The notes under the pieces: model-generated
What the model was told of the DNA's origin: nothing
Seen by the model: the letters and a program-made list of their open reading frames with translations, nothing else
Databases searched by the model: none
Virus record (IMG/VR): IMGVR_UViG_3300021138_000002
Location: 32,001 to 96,000 of that record
Strand: one strand, 5' to 3'
DNA from: a virus
DNA: 64,000 nucleotides
Position numbers and translations under genes: made by a program
Part shown: piece by piece, positions 21,280 through 31,798 of the stretch
Layout of the letters: every line of letters begins with the position of its first letter
Numbering within the stretch: position 1 is the stretch's first letter

Positions 21280-21579
21280 TTAGATTCCTAGCACAGTTTG
21301 TAAGGTGCTGATATTGGGCAGATATATCTGTACGCCAGAGGCAAAATCCAACGGCGGCCGGGTCAAGGTATTGGGATTGCGTTGATAAAATACCCACCAT
21401 AGTCTACTGTTGCCGTACAGATCGTAGGCCAAGAGATCGGGCCTGTACTGATAGGTCAAGTTGATGTTGAACAAGATATCGTCAGCCAAGGCCGGGATAG
21501 GCCGATTGGTCATGGTATCTAGGAAAAATTGACTGTAGCCGGTAAGATAATACGGGCTGGTCGCGTCATAGGTGGCCAT
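21280..21579 (-). CDS. gp53: Baseplate wedge protein gp53 / LysM-like
   Basis: 99 aa. YQYRPDLLAYDLYGNSRLWWVF is the gp53/tail-X LysM-like signature. Confidence 0.8.
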   Translation of the reverse strand: MATYDATSPYYLTGYSQFFLDTMTNRPIPALADDILFNINLTYQYRPDLLAYDLYGNSRLWWVFYQRNPNTLTRPPLDFASGVQIYLPNISTLQTVLGI

Positions 21580-22910
21580 TACCAGAATCCTCCTTTGAGT
21601 AGATCACCGTTAGCAAAATTTTGTAAACTGAATTGTTGGCTGACCTGTGTACGACTCTGTATCGGCAACAGGGTCAGCACTATGTCTATCTTGGTCGGCA
21701 CATAGGTTGGGTTGTTTGTGTTGGGCGCCGTAGGAGCCGGAATTCCGGGCTTGGCGCCTACCGGAGTAGGAAACAGTGTGTTGTACAAACTGGACACCGA
21801 AGTGGCCAGACGCGACACTGATGCCAGCTGTGGATTGAGTGTGTTGGTTTTGGCCCGCAATCCGTTTTGATTCAGTTGCAGGTTGTTGCTGCTGCCGGCA
21901 CGGATGTAATCCACATCGGCTGGCAACGAGTAGTTGAATTGACTGACCAAGACTGGGTGTTTGTTGAACTGATATTCGCCCAGGCCGTTGAGATAACACA
22001 CCGGTGGCGGGCTTCCAACATTTTGACTCTGTCCATAAAACATCTTGGTCACCGATCTAAAAAAGTGTATGACCGCCAGGAGATAGTTGGCCTCATAGGT
22101 GTTCTGGGCAGTAAAAGTGGCATTTACCGTGATCGCATCGGTATAGCTGTTTTGATAAAAGTATCCACGATAGTTGCTGTGTGTGAGGTCGTAGCTGTTG
22201 TAATTGGCCTTGTAGCTGGTAGTGATCTGTGGTGTATATGGAAATATCACACCGTTGGTAGGTGACAAATAGGACAATATCCCAGGATTGGTCGCATTGT
22301 AAAGATAGTTTGAATTGTCGGCCAGGCTCAATCTAACACGCCAATCCTGATTGTTCAACTGTCGCTGTTGATCAATTATGGTCTGTTGACGCTGGGCTTC
22401 TTTGACCTGTGCAGCTATACGACTCTGTTCGGCACTGGCCAAGGTAGCAGGTTCTACAAAATCGCCGCCCACATAGACCGGATTGTTGTTTTCGTCCAGG
22501 GTCCAGCCTGGGTTGAGATTGCCTTCATCGTTGTAAGGAAAACCGTGCGGATTGGCGTAGGGATCTTCGCCCGGTGGCTGTGGTTGCGGAACCGGCGGCG
22601 ACGATACCAGGCTTTGCTGTAGGCCAGCTACTTCTTCTGCGGTGGCCCTGTCTGGCAAATTACCGGCAATTATAGCACCGGTATTGGGGTCAACTACGTC
22701 GTACAATTCGGTGACGGCATTGTAGCTGACCGCATAGTATGGTACTGCGGCAGGTGAAGTATCAATTCCGCTTATTTGATCGGCTACTGCTGCAATATTA
22801 GCAGAAACAGCAACATCGGCTGGGGCCGTATCAAGTTCACTGGCCGGTACAAAAGGCGAAGCATTTTCTTCGGCAAATGGGTCTACGTTTGGATCAACTT
22901 CGGTTGGCAT
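21579..22910 (-). CDS. Baseplate tail-tube initiator/cap (gp48/gp54-like tube fold)
   Basis: GVIFPYTPQI..THSNY..ITVNATFTAQ..PPPVCYLNGLG..PVLVSQFNYSLPADVDYI..VPTKIDIVLTLLP. Coupled to gp53 by TAATG. Confidence 0.65.
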   Translation of the reverse strand: MPTEVDPNVDPFAEENASPFVPASELDTAPADVAVSANIAAVADQISGIDTSPAAVPYYAVSYNAVTELYDVVDPNTGAIIAGNLPDRATAEEVAGLQQSLVSSPPVPQPQPPGEDPYANPHGFPYNDEGNLNPGWTLDENNNPVYVGGDFVEPATLASAEQSRIAAQVKEAQRQQTIIDQQRQLNNQDWRVRLSLADNSNYLYNATNPGILSYLSPTNGVIFPYTPQITTSYKANYNSYDLTHSNYRGYFYQNSYTDAITVNATFTAQNTYEANYLLAVIHFFRSVTKMFYGQSQNVGSPPPVCYLNGLGEYQFNKHPVLVSQFNYSLPADVDYIRAGSSNNLQLNQNGLRAKTNTLNPQLASVSRLATSVSSLYNTLFPTPVGAKPGIPAPTAPNTNNPTYVPTKIDIVLTLLPIQSRTQVSQQFSLQNFANGDLLKGGFW

Positions 22911-22970
22911 TATTTTATTTTCCTATACGATATTTACCAAGAAAATAAACCACCCACTTAATGATCGAGG

Positions 22971-23003
22971 TTGACAAAAACCAAAAGTGTTGTAAAATAA
23001 ATA
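22971..23003 (+). promoter_or_regulatory. Sigma70-type promoter (TTGACA-N16-TAAAAT) overlapped by a late TAAATA box, upstream of gp55
   Basis: TTGACA at 22971-22976, TAAAAT at 22993-22998, TAAATA at 22998-23003, and SD AGGAG at 23012-23016. Confidence 0.7.
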
Positions 23004-23023
23004 CACTTTCCAGGAGACCATTA

Positions 23024-23923
23024 GTGGCTACAACCATACCAAAAACACCAGCAAAAATCAACTATCTCAACAATAGAGATATCCTAAAAGAAATACACCT
23101 AAGCAAAAACACTTACTGCACATTCCGAGATCCGGTACAGGATCATCAGTACGATATCATTCTGCCCACGGTTTCAAAAATCAATCAACGCACCGTGGCC
23201 GAAGCAAGACGCAACCGAGCCGACCGTATCAAACGCGAAACCGGCCAGGTCATAGATCCAGTCAAAATACCCAACACCGATCTGGTGTTCCGGGTGACCT
23301 GTTGGGAACACATACCCATGGCGCCTAAAAAAGTGCCAAAAACAGCGACCAAAAAGAAAAAGATCGACGAACTGTTTGAACTGGAATTAGAACCCGAAGA
23401 TCCCTTAGCCGAGCTGATTGAAGAGCCGGTGCTGAGCCCGACTCACGTGCGACTGAATTTCCCTCCGTTTTATCACTACAGAATAGACGAAAATCGTGAA
23501 CCGTACTTGGTGGGCAAAAGCCACTGGCGGGGTGATCTCGAATACGGAGAATTCTGCAAGGATCATGGCACCATGACTAGAAAATTAGCCACCATGTTCA
23601 TGAAACTGTGCGAACGCTATGCCACCAGATCAAACTGGCGCGGCTATACCTACAACGAAGAAATGCGTGGTCAGGCACTGTTACAGCTCAGCCAGATCGG
23701 CCTGCAGTTTGACGAAAGCAAGAGCCAAAATCCATTTGCCTACTACACAGCAGCCATCACCAACAGTTTTACCCGTATCCTGAATCTGGAAAAGAAAAAT
23801 CAAAACATCAGAGATGACATACTGGAAATGAACGGCTTGAATCCGTCATGGACCAGACAGAATTCAGGCAAACGCGATCCAGATCATGTTGCCGGAGAGG
23901 TCGTTATACTGTCAGAAGAGTAA
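23024..23923 (+). CDS. gp55: Late-transcription sigma factor (T4 gp55-like)
   Basis: NYLNNRDILKEI...LCERYATRSNWRGYTYNEEM...QFDESKSQNPFAYYT..ITNSFTRILNLEKKNQNIRD. Start moved from 22961 to the GTG at 23024, which follows the promoter and SD. Confidence 0.9.
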   Translation: MATTIPKTPAKINYLNNRDILKEIHLSKNTYCTFRDPVQDHQYDIILPTVSKINQRTVAEARRNRADRIKRETGQVIDPVKIPNTDLVFRVTCWEHIPMAPKKVPKTATKKKKIDELFELELEPEDPLAELIEEPVLSPTHVRLNFPPFYHYRIDENREPYLVGKSHWRGDLEYGEFCKDHGTMTRKLATMFMKLCERYATRSNWRGYTYNEEMRGQALLQLSQIGLQFDESKSQNPFAYYTAAITNSFTRILNLEKKNQNIRDDILEMNGLNPSWTRQNSGKRDPDHVAGEVVILSEE

Positions 23924-23935
23924 CTGTTATAAATC

Positions 23936-25453
23936 TTGATGCTATCGTCTGAGTTATATCAACATCTGGGAAAAACATACAACATTGTGTGTTTTGTAGA
24001 TCTGGCCGAGATTGTCGGATCCAAAAGTGCAATATTCAAACTATTTGATGATTACCACAAAGATACATATGATCCAAACGATCGATTGGTATTGTACTCT
24101 GGTCATTATCTGTCGTCGGAATTGTTAGAACATGTTCAAAAAGCAGCTTCGATTGTTGATATCAGCAACAGTTTTATTTTGATTTGTTGTCCTTATGATG
24201 TTGGTAGTACGCTAATAACCATTGGGGGAAAGTATGGAGCCGACATACCAATTCAAAACAGTGTGATCGATATCGATTCAGAAGAGTTGTTGACCAACGA
24301 CTTTTATGTCGCTGATACTGTTTGTCCGGTGGTATGGAGTCATTTAGTAATAACAAATCAAGGAAATATTCATCCGTGTTGTATACAAACCGACGTGGTC
24401 GGAAATGTGATTGACCATCAGGTAATCGATGTATTCTACAATGATAAGATGCAGAATTTAAGGCACGATCTTTTAGATGGCATACAGGCACCGGGTTGCG
24501 ATCAATGCTGGAAAACAGAAAAAGAAGGAAGCATCCTCAGTTACAGACAACGACATTTGAATGCACATTCAAAAGATTTTTATACCAATTGGATTGACGA
24601 TCCAAAAATTCTCAGTCTTGATTTGAATGCTGGTAATGTGTGTAATTTTAAATGCAGAATATGTAACACTGTAAAAAGTTCTTTGCATGCCGACGAACAG
24701 CTGAAACATACCAACGATCCATCCAGAATTATACAAATAAAAAATAACACAGCAAAAGGCAAATGGGCCGACACTGAACTGTTTTCTTTGCAATTGGAAT
24801 CGCTATTGCCTCAATTGACCAATTTGGATTTGTACGGTGGAGAACCATTTTTGCTAAAACAATTGCCGAGAATACTACAAACAGCAATTGACCTCGATGT
24901 TGCAAAAAATATTCGATTGCATTTTAATTCTAACGGCTCTATATTTCCAGAAAAATTGATTCCGTTATTTGAACAGTTCAGAGAAGTAGACATTGCTTTG
25001 AGTATAGACAATGTAGGTAAAAGATTTGAACTAGAGCGTGGTGGCAACTGGACGGAAATTGAAAAAAATATCACTGAATTTATGTCCCTACAAAAGCACA
25101 ATTTCCGCACATATCTATTTCCTACCATCAACATTCAAAATGTACTTTATGTTGATGAATTGATAGATTGGGCTAACCAAACAGGAATCAAGGCAACCTA
25201 CAACCTGCTGAGTAATCCGTGGTATTTTAATATTGAACACATGACTGAATCTGCCAAACAATTGGTAATTGATCGATTTAGCAACAGAGACCATTTGATA
25301 TTAAAAACCATTATTAACTATATTCAAAATGGTAAAGGTAGCGATGGCACTGAGTTTGTCCGTCATATGAAAAAATACGACAACATACGCCAGGAAGATT
25401 TTCTTTTGACTCACAACGAGATTGCAATAGCCATGGGGTATGTGTTACACTAA
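23936..25453 (+). CDS. Radical SAM protein with an N-terminal SPASM/twitch-like Cys cluster and an extra N-terminal domain
   Basis: CX3CX2C motif (CNFKCRIC) and GGEPF; upstream CPVVW..GNIHPCC..CDQC. Confidence 0.85.
   Translation: MMLSSELYQHLGKTYNIVCFVDLAEIVGSKSAIFKLFDDYHKDTYDPNDRLVLYSGHYLSSELLEHVQKAASIVDISNSFILICCPYDVGSTLITIGGKYGADIPIQNSVIDIDSEELLTNDFYVADTVCPVVWSHLVITNQGNIHPCCIQTDVVGNVIDHQVIDVFYNDKMQNLRHDLLDGIQAPGCDQCWKTEKEGSILSYRQRHLNAHSKDFYTNWIDDPKILSLDLNAGNVCNFKCRICNTVKSSLHADEQLKHTNDPSRIIQIKNNTAKGKWADTELFSLQLESLLPQLTNLDLYGGEPFLLKQLPRILQTAIDLDVAKNIRLHFNSNGSIFPEKLIPLFEQFREVDIALSIDNVGKRFELERGGNWTEIEKNITEFMSLQKHNFRTYLFPTINIQNVLYVDELIDWANQTGIKATYNLLSNPWYFNIEHMTESAKQLVIDRFSNRDHLILKTIINYIQNGKGSDGTEFVRHMKKYDNIRQEDFLLTHNEIAIAMGYVLH
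25422..25451 (+). promoter_or_regulatory. Sigma70-type promoter for gp47 inside the 3' end of the rSAM gene
   Basis: TTGCAA at 25422-25427, an 18 nt spacer, and extended -10 TG-T-TACACT at 25443-25451. ATG follows at 25459. Confidence 0.55.
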
Positions 25454-25458
25454 CACTT

Positions 25459-26472
25459 ATGAATCTATTTAAAAAAGTAGCAGTTTGTACCGATATTCAT
25501 TTTGGATTAAAGTCAAACAGTCTGGTGCACAACCAGGACTGTTCGGATTTTATTGACTGGTTTATCAAAACGGCCAAGGACAACGGTTGTGAGACCGGCA
25601 TGTTCTTGGGAGATTGGAGTCATCAACGATCGGCCATCAACATGCAGACCTTGCAGTACAGTCTACGTAGCCTGGAAAAACTGTCGGCGGCCTTTGATCG
25701 TTTTTATTTTATTCCCGGCAATCACGATTTATACTATCGCGACAAGCGAGATATCTACAGCACCGAGTGGGCAAGGCACATTCCTAATATACAGATTGTC
25801 AACGACTTTTTCAAAGATGGCGATGTGATTATTGCTCCATGGTTGGTGGGCGACGATTATAAAAAGCTAGCCAAAATGAGTGCCCGGTACATGTTTGGAC
25901 ATTTTGAGCTTCCGCACTTTAAAATGAATGCCATGGTAGAAATGCCCGATCACGGTGAGTTACGAGTGGATGATTTTACCGGAATCGAAAGTGTGTACTC
26001 CGGACATTTCCACTTGCGTCAAAAGAAAAAGAATATTAACTATATCGGCAACTGTTTCCCACACAACTTTGCCGATGCCGGCGATGCCAATCGTGGTATG
26101 TTGGTCAAAGAATGGGGCAAAGAGGATCAATACTTCAGTTGGCCCGGGCAACCGTTATATCGTGTGATGAAACTGAGCGAGGCCATTGACAACGGTGCCA
26201 ATCTGTTGCAACCCAACATGCATGTGCGTGTGGAACTGGACATTGATATCAGCTACGAAGAAGCCAGTTTTATCAAAGACACCTTTGTTCGAGACCACAA
26301 GCTCAGAGAAATGAGCTTGATACCAGTCAAGAGTACCGCAGTAGATGCTGACATGGCGCCAGGTGAGATCCGCTTTGAAAGCGTGGATCAGATTGTAACT
26401 GATCAGTTGACCAATATTGAAAGCGAGTTTTACGACTCCAAATTGCTGTTAAAAATATATCAAAATTTATAA
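25459..26472 (+). CDS. gp47: Recombination nuclease subunit, Mre11/SbcD-like (T4 gp47)
   Basis: Metallophosphoesterase motifs TDIHFG, FLGD, GNHD, GHFE and SGHFH. Confidence 0.92.
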   Translation: MNLFKKVAVCTDIHFGLKSNSLVHNQDCSDFIDWFIKTAKDNGCETGMFLGDWSHQRSAINMQTLQYSLRSLEKLSAAFDRFYFIPGNHDLYYRDKRDIYSTEWARHIPNIQIVNDFFKDGDVIIAPWLVGDDYKKLAKMSARYMFGHFELPHFKMNAMVEMPDHGELRVDDFTGIESVYSGHFHLRQKKKNINYIGNCFPHNFADAGDANRGMLVKEWGKEDQYFSWPGQPLYRVMKLSEAIDNGANLLQPNMHVRVELDIDISYEEASFIKDTFVRDHKLREMSLIPVKSTAVDADMAPGEIRFESVDQIVTDQLTNIESEFYDSKLLLKIYQNL

Positions 26473-27764
26473 TGTCAGATCGCTCGATTTTTCCTATCAA
26501 ATCCGAATCTGCCTGTCAATTAAAATGGGCATGGAGCTCTGTGTTTTTTAATAGCGGAAGTACATCTAGTTGTCATCGCACGCAAAAATATCCTATCGAT
26601 CCTGAACATTTTGATCAGTTCCATAACACTCCGGACAAAATCACAGCTAGACAAAAAATGCAACAAGGTCAATGGCCCGGTGCAGGATGTGAATACTGTC
26701 GCAATGTTGAGGAAGCCGGAGGAATCAGTGATCGACAGAGCAACTTAAACAATGCATCTCTGATCCCACCAGAGTTAATAAATGATTCTACTGCTACGTC
26801 AATCACTCCGACCATAATAGAGGCCTATTTTAAAAATACCTGTAACATGGCATGCGTGTATTGCGGTCCACATTTTAGTAGTCAATGGGAAGATGAAAAT
26901 CGTCGATTTGGATCAGATTTTTCTTCTGGAAAAGCGTTTGATGTTAGAGCTCCACAAAATAATTCCAATTATGATCAAATGGTTTCTGATTTTTGGAAGT
27001 ATCTTGAAAACGAAAATAGATATCAAGTGTTGCAACGCTATCATGTCTTGGGCGGAGAACCTTTTTTAATAAAAGAACTAGATGACAGCATAGAGTTTTG
27101 GCGTACTCACCCCAATCCAGATTTAACTTTTAGTATTATTACCAATTTAAATATCCCCACTCCACGCTTTGAAAAATACATCAAACAGTTCGAAAAGTTG
27201 GTGTTGGGCAACAAAATATGGAAACTGCAACTCACAGCCAGTCTAGATTGCTGGGGTGCAGAACAAGAATACGTCAGATACGGGCTTGATCTAGAAACTT
27301 GGCAACAAAATTTTGAATTGGTGCTGAATCGACCCTGGATCAGTGTAAGTATCAACAGTGTTATATCTGCCTTGACTATTAAAACCATGCCGAAACTGTT
27401 GGAAAAAATCAACGAATGGAATACTCGACAAACTGCTGTGATACGCGGACGAGAGCGTGAGCGTAGAGCCGAACCCATCTTGCATAGTTTCAATACCACC
27501 AACAACTGGGTCGATGATCCGCATGCGTTTGGCAGTTATTTTTCTGATGACATGACAAAAATTTTGTCGCTAATGCCCAACAACTCCGAAGATCAGCAAC
27601 GGCAAAAAAATGCAATGTCCGGTATCGCAAAAAGATTATCCACCGGTGTGCCAAACCGTTTGCAGATATCCAATCTCAAACAATACCTAGATCAACTGGA
27701 CCGACGTCGCTCGACCAATTGGCGAACTCATTTTTCTTGGCTTGATCAAGACTTCAGTGTATAA
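26472..27764 (+). CDS. Radical SAM protein with an N-terminal twitch/SPASM-like domain
   Basis: CNMACVYC (CX3CX2C) and GGEPF; N-terminal CQLKW..SCHR..CEYC. Coupled to gp47 by TAATG. Confidence 0.85.
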   Translation: MSDRSIFPIKSESACQLKWAWSSVFFNSGSTSSCHRTQKYPIDPEHFDQFHNTPDKITARQKMQQGQWPGAGCEYCRNVEEAGGISDRQSNLNNASLIPPELINDSTATSITPTIIEAYFKNTCNMACVYCGPHFSSQWEDENRRFGSDFSSGKAFDVRAPQNNSNYDQMVSDFWKYLENENRYQVLQRYHVLGGEPFLIKELDDSIEFWRTHPNPDLTFSIITNLNIPTPRFEKYIKQFEKLVLGNKIWKLQLTASLDCWGAEQEYVRYGLDLETWQQNFELVLNRPWISVSINSVISALTIKTMPKLLEKINEWNTRQTAVIRGRERERRAEPILHSFNTTNNWVDDPHAFGSYFSDDMTKILSLMPNNSEDQQRQKNAMSGIAKRLSTGVPNRLQISNLKQYLDQLDRRRSTNWRTHFSWLDQDFSV

Positions 27765-27765
27765 T
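27737..27765 (+). promoter_or_regulatory. Sigma70-type promoter for gp46 inside the 3' end of the rSAM gene
   Basis: TTGGCT-N17-TATAAT. The -10 box contains the rSAM stop codon. ATG follows at 27774. Confidence 0.6.
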
Positions 27766-27773
27766 ACTACTAT

Positions 27774-29537
27774 ATGATACAGATAAAAAATCTTACAGTT
27801 CGTAATTTCATGAGTGTGGGTAACGCCACCCAGGGTATTGATTTTGATCGACGCGACCTCACTTTGGTGTTGGGCGAAAACCTAGACCTCGGCGGAGACG
27901 GCAGTCGTAACGGCACTGGTAAGACCACAATCATCAATGCTCTCAGCTATGCCCTGTACGGACAAGCACTCAGCAACATACGCAAAGACAATCTAGTCAA
28001 CAAGACCAACGGCAAAAACATGTTGGTCAGTCTAGATTTTGTAGTAGGATCCCAACAGTACCGAATTGAACGCGGTCGCAAACCCAATGTGTTGCGATTC
28101 TTTGTTGATAGTCAAGAACAAACAGCCACGGACAATGCACAAGGTGATTCAAGAGAAACCCAGGAAGCTATAGAACAAACCTTGGGTCTCAGCCACGACA
28201 TGTTCAAACATATCTTGGCCTTAAACACCTATACTGAACCGTTTCTCAGCCTCAAGGCCAACGATCAGCGTACCATCATTGAACAACTGTTGGGCATCAC
28301 CATGCTGAGTGAACGTGCGGACAGGATCAAAGAACTGAACCGACAGACCAAGGACTCAATCACACAAGAAGAATTCCGCATCCGTGCAGTACAAGATGCC
28401 AATAAGCGTATTGAAGAACAGATTGAAAACCTAAAACGCAGACAGAGATTATGGGCAGAAAAACATGAATCAGATATCACGGAACTTGAGACCGCACAGG
28501 CAGCGTTACAAGATATTGACATCGAAGCGGAAATCCAGGCCCATCAGGAACACAAAGTTTGGGATCAGCGTAGAAAAGACCTCAACGATCTATCTAGCCA
28601 GATCAGTCGGACGAAGCTGGACCGCGATCGCGAAACAAAAACGATTTCCAAACTATCTAAGGAAATCGAGACACTGGCGAACCATGAGTGCCATACATGT
28701 GGACAACCCTTCCACGACAATAAGCACCAACTTGTTATGGAAACAAAACAGGCTGAATTGGCAACGGCTAGAACGGCAAGCCAAGAACATTCCCAACTGT
28801 TATCAGACTTGGAGGCTGCCTTCGCGGCCCTGGGCCCGCTAGGACGACCACCCAAAATGTTCTACGACAACGAGTCAGATGCCATACAACATCAGGCCAC
28901 CCTGGCCGGTCTGGCACAACAGATTGCCGCTAAACGAATTGAAACAGATCCGTACACCGAACAGATTGAGGAAATGCAGGCACAGGCCTTGCAGACTGTG
29001 AGTTATGACGAACTGAATGCACTTACTAGATTGCAAGAACATCAAGAATTCCTGCTCAAACTGTTGACCAACAAAGATTCATTTATCCGTAAAAAAATCA
29101 TCGAACAGAATTTAAGTTACTTGAACGCTAGACTGACCTACTATCTGGATCGCATTGGCCTGCCACACACTGTGGTGTTCCAAAACGATCTCACTGTCAG
29201 CATCGAAGAGCTGGGACGAGAATTGGATTTTGATAATTTGAGTCGAGGTGAGCGTAATCGTTTAATCCTCAGCATGAGCTGGGCCTTTCGAGACGTGTTC
29301 GAAAGTTTATATCAACCGATCAATGTGCTGTTTATTGATGAAATGATTGACTCGGGTCTGGACACGCAGGGTGTGGAAAATGCCTTGGCCTTGTTGAAAC
29401 AGATGAGCCGCGAACGTCACAAGAGCATATGGTTGGTCAGTCATAGAGACGAGCTTGCTGGTCGTGTGGAAAATATCCTGCGTGTGGTCAAAGAAAACGG
29501 CTACACCAATTACAGCACAGACGTGGAACATGTTTAA
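27774..29537 (+). CDS. gp46: Recombination ATPase, Rad50/SbcC-like (T4 gp46)
   Basis: Walker A NGTGKTT, coiled coil, zinc hook CHTC, signature LSRGE, Walker B LFIDE and H-loop VSH. Confidence 0.93.
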   Translation: MIQIKNLTVRNFMSVGNATQGIDFDRRDLTLVLGENLDLGGDGSRNGTGKTTIINALSYALYGQALSNIRKDNLVNKTNGKNMLVSLDFVVGSQQYRIERGRKPNVLRFFVDSQEQTATDNAQGDSRETQEAIEQTLGLSHDMFKHILALNTYTEPFLSLKANDQRTIIEQLLGITMLSERADRIKELNRQTKDSITQEEFRIRAVQDANKRIEEQIENLKRRQRLWAEKHESDITELETAQAALQDIDIEAEIQAHQEHKVWDQRRKDLNDLSSQISRTKLDRDRETKTISKLSKEIETLANHECHTCGQPFHDNKHQLVMETKQAELATARTASQEHSQLLSDLEAAFAALGPLGRPPKMFYDNESDAIQHQATLAGLAQQIAAKRIETDPYTEQIEEMQAQALQTVSYDELNALTRLQEHQEFLLKLLTNKDSFIRKKIIEQNLSYLNARLTYYLDRIGLPHTVVFQNDLTVSIEELGRELDFDNLSRGERNRLILSMSWAFRDVFESLYQPINVLFIDEMIDSGLDTQGVENALALLKQMSRERHKSIWLVSHRDELAGRVENILRVVKENGYTNYSTDVEHV

Positions 29538-30498
29538 TTACAAAACTGTACATGTGGAAGTCAGTAGCAAATGCGTGCTCAAATGCCCGCGATGCCCAAG
29601 AACCGAACTGGATCTGGATCGGCTGAATCAGGAAATGTCTTTGCAAGAATTTAAATCGGGCTTTCCAGTTGACACCTTGAACAAAATCGAGCATTTTATA
29701 TTCTGTGGCGACATAGGAGATCCAATCTATGCCACAGAGTTTTTAGAAATCGTCGAGTATATCAAACATCACAGTCGCAGTCGCATAAGAATAGTGACCA
29801 ATGGAAGTTATAAAAAATCCTCCTGGTGGCAACAACTGGGTGCATTGCTGGATCACAACGATCGCGTCACGTTCAGTGTTGACGGATGGGACGATCAATC
29901 CAACAACCAGTACAGGGTCAACAGCAATTTTGAAAGTATTCTGACTGGAATTCGCTCGTTGCGAAGCTCCAGCGACTGTTTGATCCAGTGGTCAACGATA
30001 TATTTTTCTTTCAATCAAGACAACATTGACCGTATAAGAAATTTGTCTAGATCTTTGGGTTGTGATCAGTTTCAAACTGTCAAAAGCTCAAAATTCAACG
30101 GCAGGTACGTACACAACAACACAGATTTGCTGAGACCAGCCGACGAGTTGGTAGCCGAGACAGCCGTGTACGAAACCACCACAGAATCATTCAATCAAAC
30201 TAAGTATGTGTCTATTGTGCCCGAGATCAGCCCAACGCCGCATACATGGGCCAAATGTTTGAATTATAAAAAAGATTTATTTGTTGGAATTGACGGGCTG
30301 GTGTCTCCGTGTCCGTGGTTCAACAACGGGTACCAAGACAATCGTTTTGTAAAACAGCATCGCGATCGGTTGTTGATTAAAAATCGATCGTTTTTTGACA
30401 TAATCGACGATGCCGAACTATGGTCACAGTTGATGCAAAGTTTTGAAACTGACCCTTTGGAAATTTGTTTAATAAAGTGTAAAAATGGCCAACAGTGA
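29530..30498 (+). CDS. Radical SAM protein with a C-terminal SPASM/twitch-like domain
   Basis: CVLKCPRC (CX3CX2C), TNGS, FSVDG and C-terminal KC..GLVSPCPW..ICLIKC. Start set to the ATG at 29530, overlapping the gp46 end. Confidence 0.85.
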   Translation: MFNYKTVHVEVSSKCVLKCPRCPRTELDLDRLNQEMSLQEFKSGFPVDTLNKIEHFIFCGDIGDPIYATEFLEIVEYIKHHSRSRIRIVTNGSYKKSSWWQQLGALLDHNDRVTFSVDGWDDQSNNQYRVNSNFESILTGIRSLRSSSDCLIQWSTIYFSFNQDNIDRIRNLSRSLGCDQFQTVKSSKFNGRYVHNNTDLLRPADELVAETAVYETTTESFNQTKYVSIVPEISPTPHTWAKCLNYKKDLFVGIDGLVSPCPWFNNGYQDNRFVKQHRDRLLIKNRSFFDIIDDAELWSQLMQSFETDPLEICLIKCKNGQQ

Positions 30499-31798
30499 TA
30501 TTTTTTGTAACATTCCCTGGTTCGAATTGAACATCAATCATGATGGCAGTTATGATCTTTGCGGATGCCAAAACGACAAAATAGTAGGCACCGAACTAGG
30601 AAAAATATACAATATCAAAAAAATACCAATCGCCGATTATTGGAACAGCGAGCGATTGCGACAGGCACGACTTCGCAAGTTGGGTGATACACCGGATCCC
30701 ATGTGTCGTATGTGTCAGCAAAAAGAACAGGTTGGATACAGTAGCAATCGCATAAAAGAAAATCATAAATCTGTTATTTTTAAAGAATCCTTTGAACGCA
30801 GTTTTTTGCAGAGCCCAAATTACAAACATTTTGAATACAGTCAACAGAATCAAGGGTTTACTACCAGTCACGTACACAGCCTGCATGTGAATCTAGGTGA
30901 TGTTTGCAATTTCGCCTGTCGCATGTGCAACCCATTTGCCAGCAGTCGTCTCCAAGACGAGTATAAAAAATTACAATGGGTTGACTCAAATACTGTTTTT
31001 GAACACTGGACCGACAACGACACAGCCTGGTGCAATTTTTTAACTTTCTTGGATGCCCAGGTTGCCAATATCAAGGTATTACACATCATAGGCGGTGAGG
31101 TCGAATTCATGCCTAAATTTTTATTTTTGATTGATTATTTTATTCAAGCCGGAGTGGCACCCACAGTCAACATCAGTTTCACATCAAACGGCAGCATCGA
31201 TTACTCGAAATATTTTGAAAAATTATCCAAGTTTAAAAGATGCGAAATTGGAATCAGCATAGAAAGTGTTGACCCCATTGGGAACTACATCAGGCAAGGA
31301 GGAAACATTGTTGATATTTTAAAAAATATCCAAGACATGAACAACCGTAGGCCCAACAACACACAATTTGTCATACGAACTGTGCCCAGTATTCTGAGCT
31401 TGCCTTTTTATGCCAACTTGATCAAATGGGCCCTGGATACAAAAATACCCATTGACAACAGTCTGTTGGTTCAACCCAACTGGCTCCAAGCCGTGCTATT
31501 GCCAGATCATATCAAAAAAACCATTGTTGATTCAGTATCAACTGTGTTGGAAAGTTTGCCCAAAGACGGTCATGAATTCAACAATCAAAAAGATCCAACC
31601 AGGATCGATACCAGCATACGCAACGAATGCGAAAGCATTATTAAATTGGCACAGGAACCTGTGCCCGTTGATGCCGACCTGTTAAGAAAAAAATGTGCTG
31701 AAAAATTAAATCAATGGGATCAATACAAGAACATCAGCATCAAGACCTATTCGATCGACCTTTACAATTTTTTATCGGAGTTTGGATATGATGCGTGA
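30485..31798 (+). CDS. Radical SAM protein with an N-terminal twitch/SPASM-like domain
   Basis: CNFACRMC and IGGE; N-terminal FCNIPW..DLCGC..CRMC. Confidence 0.85.
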   Translation: MANSDIFCNIPWFELNINHDGSYDLCGCQNDKIVGTELGKIYNIKKIPIADYWNSERLRQARLRKLGDTPDPMCRMCQQKEQVGYSSNRIKENHKSVIFKESFERSFLQSPNYKHFEYSQQNQGFTTSHVHSLHVNLGDVCNFACRMCNPFASSRLQDEYKKLQWVDSNTVFEHWTDNDTAWCNFLTFLDAQVANIKVLHIIGGEVEFMPKFLFLIDYFIQAGVAPTVNISFTSNGSIDYSKYFEKLSKFKRCEIGISIESVDPIGNYIRQGGNIVDILKNIQDMNNRRPNNTQFVIRTVPSILSLPFYANLIKWALDTKIPIDNSLLVQPNWLQAVLLPDHIKKTIVDSVSTVLESLPKDGHEFNNQKDPTRIDTSIRNECESIIKLAQEPVPVDADLLRKKCAEKLNQWDQYKNISIKTYSIDLYNFLSEFGYDA

